From positions 62,001 through 126,000 of the forward strand of contig NIVC01000572.1 of NCBI GenBank assembly GCA_002269645.1: 64,000 bases of DNA, read 5' to 3'. Source of the stretch: Macrostomum lignano. Its lineage: Eukaryota. The notes beneath the pieces are model-generated. The model was not told where the DNA came from. It did no database searches and was given only the letters and a program-made list of their open reading frames with translations. This document shows, piece after piece, positions 1 to 11,254 of the stretch (position 1 is its first letter; each line of letters begins with the position of its first letter). Made by a program: the position numbers and the translations under genes.

Positions 1-112
1 GACTGGATGTTTGCCACTGACATTTTGCCATTTCACATACATTTGACAGTTTTATTGACAAATTCTCTTTTTGCATTTATTTAGCGCATGTTTTCTTTCA
101 CAAAAAGTACAC

Positions 113-802
113 AAATCTCACAGATCTCATGCATGAGGTATTGGATTGACAATGCTCACAGATCTCATGCATGAGGTATTGGATTGACAATGCTCACAGA
201 TCTCATGCATAGGGTATTGGATTTACAATGTTCACAGATCTCATGCATGAGGTATTGGATTGATCATGCATGAGGTATTGGATTGACAATGCTCACAGAT
301 CTCATGCATGAGGTATTGGATTGACAATGCTCACAGATCTCATGCATAGGGTATTGGATTTACAATGTTCACAGATCTCATGCATGAGGTATTAGATTGT
401 CAATGCTCACAGATCTTATGGATGAGGTATTGGATTGACAATGCTCACAGATCTCATGGATGAGGTATTGGATTGACAATGCTCACAGATCTCATGGATG
501 AGGTATTGGATTGACAATGTTCACAGATCTCATGCATGAGGTATTGGATTGACAATGCTTACAGATCTCATGGATGAGGTATTGGATTGACAATGCTCAC
601 AGATCTCATTGACGAGGTATTGGATTGACAATGCTCACAGATCTCATGGATGAGGTATTGGATTGACAATGCTCACAGATCTCATGCATGAGGTATTGAA
701 TTGTCAATGCTCACAGATCTCATGCATGAGGTATTGAATTGTCAATGCTCACAGATCTCATGGATGAGGTATTGGATTGTCAATGCTCACAGATCTCATG
801 CA
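113..802. repeat. 38-bp tandem minisatellite, about 18 copies
   Basis: Unit gctcacagatctcatgcatgaggtattggattgacaat; period 38 (cagatct at 121 and 159); contains the 12-bp palindrome ctcatgcatgag. Confidence 0.97.
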
Positions 803-813
803 TGTGCCTGCGG

Positions 814-3145
814 CTATCGAGGCTTCAGGCTCCACACTCTGACAAGGCAGCCAGTCTCATTTTTCTTCTCTCTGCTGCCGCATGCGCGCCTCGACATCCG
901 AGTGAGCCATCCATACAACTGCCAGGTGTGCAGCGAATTATTCAGCAAACTCAGCGTGTAAATCATATCGAACTTGTTGACCGATTCGTCGAACGAGTTC
1001 GATATGATGGCAATGATGAAGTTCTGCGCGTTGATGCCAACCACCAGAATGAAGAGTGTGTGCAGTACCACGCTGGTGAAGTCCTGCGCCGGACTGGCAA
1101 TGTTCAGCAGCAGACGCAGCGGTGAATAGAACACCGAGTACGGCTTCGCGAACTCCTTGCCGAGAACGTCTGTCATGTAGAACAGACTGCCGAACACGAT
1201 GTACGTCCACAGAATGAAGAGCGGCAGAACGCCGACAAATCTGGAAATGGCTCGTCGGAAGCTGATGCACAGAAAAGCCATGCTTCGGCATCCGCTCTCG
1301 TAGGTTTCGAGTACGCTAAATAGCGTAAAGAATATGTACAGAACTGCGGAGCACTCGGACAAATTTGCTGCCACAGTCAGCTGCAAGTTTCGTGGGCCCC
1401 TACGGCCGAGCACATAGTCTGTGCAGTCAATGGATCTCTCCAGAGTCATTGAGGCAATGATGAAGATAATTCCTGTCATGAAGCTGAGCGCGTAAGCAGT
1501 CAAGAAGTAGTGCGACTGTACCAGATACTCTTTCGGACGTCGGTGCGTCGGTGTCCATCGGCTGAAGCGCCGCGCAAATTGCAGCTCCTTGAAGCAGTTG
1601 AGCAATAGAACGGCAAGTTGAATGACTAGAACTGGACCCAGGATGAACAGAGAAATTGACCAGTTTTCGAGAATCGTTGTCCTCTGAATTGGGACACCCC
1701 AGAGTGGCGACGAGAACAGCGTGTCGGTATTGTTCGGGTTGGACTTGTCAGTCAGGTAGTGGATCAGGGACGCTGGTGAGCAGTTGGCTCGGACAGTCTT
1801 TTCTAGATCCGTGATGCTGTAGTTCAGGCCTTCAGTCATTGACCCATCGCTGCTGTTTGAGCTACTCAAAGCTAGTTTGATCAGATCAGTGTACCGCTCA
1901 AAGCCCGTCTCAAGCTCATAGCCGATGGCTGCCATGGGCACTATGAGGTCGAAGCGGTTGCTGAACGGAGTGAAGGACGAGGCCAGTATGCTCAAAGCTA
2001 CTAAACGCAGCGTCAAAGTGCATTTCATGTCTTTATTGGTCAAATCGATCCACTTCTTCATCACTGGCGCATCCTGCAAGCCGGACTGTGCGTACTGGTC
2101 CGCTTGCTCCGGCGACATCCGCGTCAGCATCAGCAGAGGGTTCTTGTCTCGTCGCTCTCCGTCCATCAGATCGTACTCAGCAAAGTCATACGCACTTCGC
2201 ACGCGAATTCCGTGAGCACCTTGCTTAATTAGCAGGTACCCCTCAACGCCAAGGATGAGTCGAACGCTGAAATAGGCGCCTATGAGCATGGAAAATTCCA
2301 ACGGTCTCAGGCCTTGGGCATTTTCCATTCGACACAGCCGATGAAGCAGGTTTACCTGCGGGCTGGAGGTTTTGTGCGTTAATAAAGAGATTCATTGACT
2401 GCGGTGATCGGTTGCCAAGTGCTGCATTTCAGTCAGTTGTAAATTTAAGATAGGAGTCAACAGGTACAGCGTGCATCATGGAAGAATTTACCGTCTTTCT
2501 AATGAGTCTACCTCTAATGAGTAACTTTGTGACGTAATCACACCTTCATTATAGTCATTTAACTCTTCCTCCCAGTCTCTACGAGTGTAGTGCATGAGTA
2601 CTTAGTTATTGTGAGCATGAGCAAAAAGAAAACTAATTTAGCATGTACCTATCAGACCACGGATCTTCTCCAGCTGGCGCCCAAACAACCTGACGTAAGA
2701 GTTCAAAAGCCTCCGCTTGAAAAGCTTCATAGCCGGCAGTTCCCGAGCAGCTGGTCTCGGCCATGCAGTGCAGCAGGTTCGACCCGGAGTCCCTGTCAGT
2801 TAGCAGCAAGAGCTGGGGATGAGTCAGCGCCAGGTAGCGAAGAACCCGCCGACTGGACAAAATGACGCACAGCTGCGGCAGCCGATCGGACGCAAATACT
2901 GGCGGTCTGAGCTGTGATGAAGCTGCTGCTCTGTGCTCCAGCCTCCAGCTCAGCCGATCCTCCAAGCAGCATTCTGGTCCGCTGGCAGTTGCAGCAAGGC
3001 TGATCATTCCTTCAACGTCGTCTTCAAGCAGTCGCGCTGTGAGCAACTCAGATGTGCCGGCGTCAAACCAGAGGCAGTCAGCGCCTCTGCTAACCGAATT
3101 CGTTCTCGAGTTAAACTGCTTATTCATTGTGCTGAATGGCTGCAT
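814..3145 (-). CDS. Divergent TRPV-like (ankyrin repeat + 6TM) cation channel, 2 predicted exons (3145-2649, 2362-814), about 680 aa
   Basis: Motifs align by eye to TRPV5/6: ankyrin-like DSGSNLLH, VNLLHRL and NAQGLRPLEF; GIRVRSAYDFAEYD (cf. YGPLTSTLYDLTEID); DAPVMKKWIDL (cf. DQTPVKELVSL); six hydrophobic segments; pore helix YSVFYSPLRLLLNI; S6 NFIIAIISNSF. A GT-AG intron 2648-2363 joins the two ORFs in frame (phase 2). The true start codon is uncertain. Confidence 0.72.
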
Positions 3146-3805
3146 ATTTCAGTTGCAAACGGTTTTGATTCCACTCGCTTTATACTGACTTTATCGATCA
3201 GCCTGTGCTCGATCCATGCCCACCTGAACAAACAGTGGGGCACAGTGTAAACATTTTGGCTAAGCTGCTCACCTGGAACCAGCTTTGGTAATTAAGTTTG
3301 CTCACGGAAAATGGATAGAGTAACGTTTTGTGAAGCAGTTTATTTGCTAAATTCGCACGAACGAAGTTCGAACAGGCAGTCAGATATTTTAGTGCACTTT
3401 TGCGTCGCAGTTGCAAATTTATATACACTCTGAATCGTACCATCGCTAAGGCTGGAAGTTGTCTTTTCAATTAATAAGTACTTCGACAAAGAGCACTGAA
3501 TGAGTGAGGAACCGTCACCTGACTTTGACGTTCTTGTTTTTGGTTGAAATTGATTGCTATATACTGTGTCATGCCGTCCAAGTGATAGTACTCTGTGTGA
3601 GTGAATTATTCTCCACACAGTGCTGCATTTTGGAACCAGTTTTCAAAAAAACGTTTAATTTTTTAAATAGACATTGTAATCAACCTTCCCTAATGATCAG
3701 TTGTGCAATCGACAGCTCAGCCACAGCTGAAGTCTACATACGGCTGTTCAGTCAAAGAACTGTTGGGTCGCCACACACCTTCAATTACCCTTGACCTTGA
3801 TAATG

Positions 3806-3875
3806 CAAGTACCCATTTTACTACAGCTGGGTGAACTGAAGCGGTGCAGAGTTAGGTGTCTTGCTCTGAAATCTG
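3806..3875 (+). mobile_element. CORE/MIR-like SINE fragment
   Basis: agtacccattttactacagctgggtgaactgaagcggtgcagagttaggtgtcttgc resembles the SINE CORE domain (cccattttacag...aactgaggca...ttaagtgacttgc). Recognised from memory, not by search. Confidence 0.45.
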
Positions 3876-5012
3876 GAGTTTTGACCCTAAGTTAGAAAAT
3901 AGGTAGAAATTTATGAAATGCCCAGGCGCAGTGAAGGGCGAAGCAGAAAAGCACAATAGAGCCTCTAGTTTCTTATGAGAACAGCCAACAGAAGCAGCTT
4001 TAAGATAATTAATCAACTGTCAAGTCAATTTGAATAGCCGAATCTAATAAAGCCCCTTTCCATTCCAGTCAGTAGCGACACCCCAACGCAGGCACAATGG
4101 CGACTAAACCGGCCGGGAAAAGCAAACTGAGCAGCGGCTTGACCTAGAGAACAACGCGGCACGCGGCAGACCCTGGCGCACCCTGAGGGAGAAAACGTGA
4201 GGCCCACCTACAGACTCCTATTCAACCTGAAGCAGCCCAAGAAGGCGAGATCAACCCCAAGCTGCCTGACAACCGAGAGAAACAGAGGACTGTTTAATCA
4301 TCAATGGACAGAGTTTAGAGACGAAAAATTAAGCTCTTTTTCTATAATCGTTCTATCCCAAATTTTATCCAACTCAACAAATAGATTTGCGAAACCCCGA
4401 GTAATCTCTAACCCTCACACTTAGCAACCTACTAGAACTAGAACTAACTGAATTCATGTACAACTAGGGGAATGAGTCCCAGATTGTTATTGCTCAAAGC
4501 CCCCCGCCGTTGCTAACCACGCGAAGACACCCCACCGGCGGCGGGGGAGGTCAAAAATGCTAATTGGTATAAATAGACGCTAATCTCAAACTGGAGCGGC
4601 GCTTCGTTTTTTGCCGCGCAGTTTTCGATCTGGAATTGCTCCCTTTGAATTAGTCTCTGGATTATCCAGTTGGCACAAATCTAAGTCTTCAATATAATTA
4701 TTTGTCTTAATTGTCGCGCAGAGCAAATCCGAGAAAGAATCAATCTCAGCTTAGTAGGAGATCCCGTCAGTTTATACGGTTTTCTCTGACGGCCTGATTG
4801 GAGAAATTAGAGCTGTACGAACCTTAGACCGCTAGACATCTATCTTAAGAAAGTGAGAACACAAACTCAAAGGCCCCAGAGAAAAACGCGTATAAAGCGC
4901 AAACTGTTCCAAGTCGGCCGCGAAACAACTTGGCTTTACGATTGCAATAACCGAAAAAAACAAGCATGAAAAACTCTTATACTTTGACGACTTATATATT
5001 TGTCAAAAATAT

Positions 5013-7270
5013 TGTTAAAAGGGACTAAAACGCGAAGTAGCAATTGTACATCTATCCAAACCCGAGTAAACGACAGCACGCACAAACGAATGTACATAGC
5101 TACACAGATAAGGTAGCTAGAGCAACGCAACCACCAAAGCAACCAAGCACCAGCACCACAGATCTGACACACGCCACACGCTACCACACCTCTCCCAACC
5201 AAGAGCGGAGAGGTGATGGAGATTCTGGCTTTCCCGACGCTCTAGGACCCGCAGGGAGATGCTGGGACGCGGGTGATTCAGTAGCGACCGCAGGGTTCGA
5301 CCTATCCGAAGCTCACAGGGCGCCACCCCCGTCGTTTAGTGCGGAGTGATCCGGTAGTTCATCAGGAAGCGGGTGACCTGCGTTTCGAGCGTGCCACCAG
5401 ACTGCTTTTCCAGCGAGCGCTTCAAACTCTGCAGGGCCCTCTCAGCTAACCCGTTGAACGCCGGGTGGTACGGTGGGGTACGCATATGACGAGCGCCGTT
5501 TTGGAGACAATTCGCAGAATTCACTGCTCACAAAGCAGGACCCATTGTCCTTCACCATGACCTCCGGTAGGCCGTGCGTACGGCGCTAGAAGACGACGAA
5601 GCGCATCCGCCCTCAGAAGCGAAGAGCCACTGCAATGCACCATCTTGTACTGATATGCTGACAGCGGCAACGCCCACCGCTGCACTCGGTTGAATTTCTT
5701 GACTCCGTACACCAGTGCGAGCTCCTCCTCCAGCTGGCAATAGTTCCGCTCGGCTGAACTCGGAGTCCTTGACGCATATAGGCAACCGGCTTGTCCAGAC
5801 CGCCGACCCGATGGAAGATTACGGCTCCTATTCCGTAGTCCGAAGCGTCACACTCCAAAAAAGCTCCGCTGCTGCATTATAGTGAACCACGACGTTCGGA
5901 ATTGGACAAGAAGACGCTTGCAGGTGTCGAAAGCCGCCTTTTGCGACTGTCCCTAGTTCCTTGTTGAGCAGCTGGTGAAGCGGACTCAAGACTGTCTACA
6001 AGCTAGGCAGAAACTTTCTGTAGTAATTCAAGAGACCCAGAAAACTCGGCAGCTGCGTCAGGTCCGAATTGGCTCACATCCACTATGGCTTGGACCTTGT
6101 CCTTCAGTGGATGAAGGCCTTCCAAGTCAATGCGCTGTCCCAGGTACACCACAGAATCCTGCATGAACGCGCACTTCCATCCATCATGACTCTGGAATAT
6201 GCTCGGAGCCGTCGATACACCAAATGGCAGCCCCGAGTATCGAAGAAGCTCCAATAGCGTGTTCACTGTGCAGAGCTCCTGAGCTGCAGTGTCGAGGGGC
6301 ATCTGTGAGAAGGCCTGATTTAGATCCAGCTTGGTAAACTTCTTACCTCCGGCGAGTCTTGAGAATAATTTGTTGATGTTCGTCGGCGCGGGTACGTGTC
6401 TGAATTAATATGAGGCATTGACGGTCTGTTTAAAATCGGCGCAAACTCGAATGCTGCCATCCGATTTCTTTACAGGAACAATCGGCGACGCCCATTCTGA
6501 GGACTTCACCGGGAACAGCACTCCCTTCTTCTTCTTCTTTTTCTTCTTCTTCAGGCCTCGCCCTAGCTAGCGCCACGGCGCTAATATGGTCGGGAGTGCG
6601 GTCCTTTGACAGCACTCCCTGCTGCACCTCCTTGTTCTGCTGCTGTTCGACGTTGGGCTTTAGAACGCAATGGGGCGAGCCTTGCAGAACCGAGGCTTGG
6701 CATCCGGCTTCAGCTCTATCGAAAGTGGCGTGCCTTTGAATGTACCGAGATCACCAAATATCCTCAGTGAATTCGTCCAGTATAGTCCTTGCCCTTTGGT
6801 GTCGGTGGCGGACTTCAGCTATTTGATCGACTGCCAGTCGAGTTTCAGCTGCCGCAGCCAGTAGCGGCCGAGCGGCCGAGCAGACTTGGGCCGCTCCCCT
6901 CCACAACGAGCAGGGGAATTGGGATGGGATCCTCTGAAACCGACTTGCTGACGGGCAATTCCAACTTACCGAGCACTTTAACGGAGTGTCCGGAGTATGT
7001 GGTCAGCTGGGCAGTTGATGGGCGCAGCTCGCAGCCGCCGTGCAGGACATCCTTGTATAGATGCGCTACGATATCAGCGACACGGAAGCTCCAGCTAGTG
7101 TCAACCCTCCATATCCGACACGGGTGTCCGTCCATCAAAACAATTGTGGATGTAGAGCACAGTTTCACTACTGCGCGCGGAGGCGGAACCAAGTTAGTGC
7201 AAATAGTATACGGCTCGTCAATTGATTCTTCTCGATGGTTGTCGCCGCAGAAACACAGTGTATAATGAGC
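5013..7270 (-). mobile_element. Decayed, internally deleted Ty3/Gypsy LTR retrotransposon (Mag/K02A2.6-like)
   Basis: On the minus strand in Gypsy order: degenerate zinc knuckle and protease (6845-7270; TYSGHSVKVLG), RT ([24 protein letters not shown] near 6430-6510; LPFGVSTAPSIFQ and YLGQRID at 6003-6302), RNase H (CDASDYGIGAV near 5790-5858), integrase (PYHPAFNGLAERALQSLK...FLMNYRITPH at 5336-5524). Polypurine tract GGGAGAGG followed by TGTGGTAG near 5190 marks a putative 3' LTR. Many frameshifts; no matching 5' LTR found. Confidence 0.88.
6527..6608 (-). mobile_element. 82-bp 5'-truncated non-LTR retroposon 3' end with (GAA)n tail (RTE-like), inserted in the Gypsy RT
   Basis: Flanked by a 12-bp direct repeat acagcactccct (6515-6526, 6609-6620); small hairpin gcgccgtggcgc followed by a (gaa)n tail; interrupts the QGVL...PV motif of RT. 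Confidence 0.75.
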
Positions 7271-10200
7271 TCTCGCGCACACGCGCTCGCGAAAAAGCTG
7301 GGAGGGGCAGGCGCTGGATCTGGTGCATACATTTACCAAAGGACAACTGAAGTAGTATATATAACGTAACTTCAGTTGTCCTTGACATGTACATAAAGTA
7401 ATTACATGGTACATCAGAAGTCTAAAGAAGCTCTCAATCTGATGAAAAAAATACTTTCCAGCGACGACCATCGACTTGAATTGGACTTGAAATGTTGCTC
7501 GGGATTCGCACTATTATGATTTTTTAGTAAAATCTGTACCGTGCAAATTATAACATGTACACTTGTAAACGAATGAATTGTAATTATAATATATAAATTC
7601 ACACAGGAACACACTAAAGCTGTCGTTTTAATATACTGATGGGTTTCGACCTTCGGGCTCCTTGTTAGGGAAGCCTTCGGGCCTCAGGCTCAGAAATAAA
7701 TCAATTAGAGACCTGGCCCCCCACTCCTGTCAGATGGTCAGCCCCATGGTAGCTTGATCGTGTGGCGAGCAGTCTAGGTCCTATAGCTAAGAGAGGGACA
7801 GCGAGAGACGAGCAGGGAGAATTTTGAAAGTAGAAATTAGCTAATCCGCAGATCAACTAACTTGCTGCCACCAGCCCGTGCGCCCTGGCTCACCACACCG
7901 GGACTCTCGAAATCGGGCTTCCGACTAGAAGGGGCTTTGCACTTACCTGCCAACTAGTGTCTTTTTGCTGTCAATCTCGAAGTCATAGCCGATGATAAGG
8001 GACACTGCTGGGACTAGATCGCGTTGGCCATGCAGGTACAGAGGGGACTTGTGCAGGGGATTCTTGCGGTGGCGAGTCTATGGGGTAGCTACATGTACCA
8101 TTACATTGCTAAATACGAAGATATGTACTTTTAGCCTTCAACGCGCCAACTAGCCTCTCATAGCGCTGATGATAGGCTAACTCGAACTTCAGAGACCGCA
8201 TGATTCATTTACCCGAGCCGCTTGGCTACCCTAGAGTGCACAAAGTACATCTCTGGCGCCGATTCTGCACTTCTGGCAGTTTTGCTCACTGATTTGTTAG
8301 ATTGGTCGACTGAGAACTGCCTTGCCATTGGTCCACTGTGACCGGCGCCTACTAGCTTAGCTACTCATCTGAGCCATCGGCGAACAAAGAAATAAAACCG
8401 ACAAAGATAACTGTTAGATTTAACCTTCTCCTTAGTTCACTTCACACTTTAGATTGAATTGGAGTCTTAGACTACTAGCAGTATTATTGAATGATTCCTG
8501 CCTCAGCAACAGCACTACTGAACAAAATGAGCAAAAGTGTGCGCCTAATTCAGCTACTGCAACAGGGGACAAAAAAGGGATCACCCAATCAAGCAAGTCT
8601 AGGTAGCCTCTCACCCAACCAATCAGAAACTCAACAGCCGGAGACCAGGTATTCCACAGTGACCGAATCGGCTCGATGCTCTGCAGCTGTAGACTCGGGA
8701 TGATGCTGTCACAATCTTCGCTGTTAGCTAGCAGGTGATGCTCTTAACTGGATGTTCGCTGCTGTCGACCGGGGGACTCGTCCTTGATGATGATGGGGGA
8801 AGTTGCAATCCGGGGATCAAGAAACGACGGTCGTGCTCCGGGAACCAGAAGTTGCGCGCTGGGCCCGAGCCAAAGTAAGAAGAAGTAGCGTCCGAGCGGG
8901 CCAAAAACTCCGGTTTAAATAGCCGCCAACTGGACCGCAGTTTGTTATAACGGAACACGTCGATTCTGATTGGCTGAGCCGTTTTGTTAAAATGAGCGCC
9001 GAATTTTCTGATTGGCTAAGCTCGTTGCTACCCAGAATCACGTGACCGAGAGATCCTATCAGTTCCCACAGGGTCGTAAAAAGATGACAGGTGCGGTCAT
9101 AAATCACTCAAAATCGCAACAAAATGATTTATGACTTTTCGCGTAGGATTGACAGAAATTAATGAAAAAATATACATTAGAAAGCTCTTATTAAATAGAA
9201 AGTGAAGATAATGAAGAGAAATCGCTAATCGCTAATCCCAAGGTACTTTTAGGGGTAAAACGCATAGCTGTAAAAGCTGTCACACGCTTGAGTGAATCCG
9301 AACAATAGGCTCTGACCTCATAAATCTTGATGGCCTGTCAAAATGGTGAGAAAAAAGCTACCGCCCGCATCCTCTCAGACCATCTGGCGCCCGCTTCAAC
9401 ACTGAGTGAGGCGCAGGTGGCTGTCAGATCAGCTTCGAAAGCGATGATTTATGACCCAAAAAGCTGCGCCTATGTTATTATGACTACTAGTATGGCCAGA
9501 CATTATATCTAGTATAGATTCTATGAAAATTCGCAGAAAAAGGATAAAAATGCCCACTGCTCACTGTTAGTAGGCAAGTAAGTTTAGAGCCCATGTGCTA
9601 GCGCGGGATTTGGGAAAAAGTGCGTCCTCATCAATACCATCAATGTAAAGAACCCATTTGCCATCGACGTTAGATGATCGTTGCACGGCCGAAAGTAGAA
9701 AATACAGTGTACAGATACCATTGTAACATTTACATTATTTTAAGCCATGCCGCGTTCTTTCTGTACAATTGCACACAAAGACTTCTTAATTACTTAATAA
9801 CTGAAAATTTCGCGTTAAATTTGGAAGAAAGATGGCAAAATTTCGGCACCCATTTGAAGCAAAGAATCACCACGTGATTTTAGTATTACAATTTTATTAC
9901 GAAAGTGTATGTTATAACAAAATAGTATTGCTTAAATACTACAAACTGCCAAGAAACGACTGTTATAAGTATTAAAGACTGCTATGTCATATAGGTTTTA
10001 GTATTAGTTGCAATAAATATTACTTCTGCAGCTTGTTGCACTGTTTATACGTTGGCTTTTAAGTTTCGGTTGAGCTGGTATTCGCCGGGGGGCCAGTGGG
10101 GCTGAAAGGGCCAGATGTCTGACCTGAAATATCACTCTTGACTCCAGCAGAGAGACTATAATTAAATTAAAATGGTCAATTCTTATATACTTCTATCTCC

Positions 10201-11084
10201 GGTGTAAAATTGCCAGAAATCTCTGACATAAGTCTAGTCTTACTCTTAAATAAGCCTTGGTGTAAATGATTAGCCTAATATAAGAAACTAATGGAAGAAT
10301 GAATTGGCATAAAAACAATTGCTGAACATAAATAATTTTTAGGCACAATTGCATTTATGTAAAGAAAAGAAAATTGAATTATATAAGATTATATTTTACC
10401 ATTTTTAATATAAAAAATAAAACAAAATATAAACTCTGTCTCTAGAAAAGAAATCTTGCTACAATCCAACAACTTTTTAGGGCTATCCTGCAGATTGCAG
10501 AATCATTATTATTGTTACTGTTAATATAGACATTTTATTTTATGGCCAAATTTTTTAGCTACAGCTGAGAGGAGGGGGTCATTGACATTGGCCACTTGCC
10601 CCTCCCTCCTTGTTTGGATCTGCTCTTGTTTTATCCAAATCCAAGGAACAAATTATCATTGCTTGTTTTTTGCTACATAACTTAATAACTATATTGTTTA
10701 ATTGCTATTGATAGGCCTACCTTTTTACTTAATTATTTAAAAACCTAATGTATTTATCTAATAAAATACTTACCTATGTTAGGCCTAGTATAAAATTATA
10801 AATCTTATATAACAATTTGTCAATTTTTTTCTAATATAGGCCTAAGCCTAAACCTAAAATTTAATATGGGTAGGCCTATATATTTTTATTAGTGCCAGGG
10901 GGGTTGTATGCACCCTGGCGCACTTTAAGCAATATAGGCACACAACCTGCAAGAGGCATTACTGCCCATTCTGCCAACTCCCCTAAGCAGGTAGGCCCTA
11001 TACAAGTATGCAGATATGCACACAGGCACACACTCACATAGGAATGCACAGTGGCCCTAACTTTATATTATTGTTAGGCATATA

Positions 11085-11248
11085 TACTTCACTACGCCTT
11101 GGGGGTTGGCTCTCAAGGCTGTTAATTGCCCAAGCAGAGCTAAGCCAATATTCTAATTCAACCCCAAATTAATGTGACTATGCTTAGAATCAAGCCTGGG
11201 TCGCTGGCACACCAGAGCAGCTGCGCTACCACTGGGCTACGGCCCCCC
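11085..11248 (-). mobile_element. tRNA-derived SINE (degenerate)
   Basis: Minus strand begins GGGGCCGTAGCCCAGTGGTAGCGC (A box) with a degenerate B box GGCTTGATTC, followed by a non-tRNA body; no intact cloverleaf. Confidence 0.6.
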
Positions 11249-11254
11249 TTATTA

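Noticed and set aside
2484-2500. Spliced-leader-like AAAGACGGT on the minus strand
   Set aside because: Only a 9-nt match to a remembered leader sequence, with no donor site or Sm-binding motif; chance level.
3920-3972. Helitron 3' end (gggcgaagc...gcctctagt)
   Set aside because: CTAG is present but there is no convincing subterminal hairpin or 5' TC end; insufficient support.
8161-8200. CTGATGA hammerhead core
   Set aside because: No stem II closure and GAAC instead of GAAA; stems I and III are absent.
11180-11248. tRNA gene
   Set aside because: A box is present but the B box is degenerate and the acceptor and T stems cannot be formed; treated as a SINE head.
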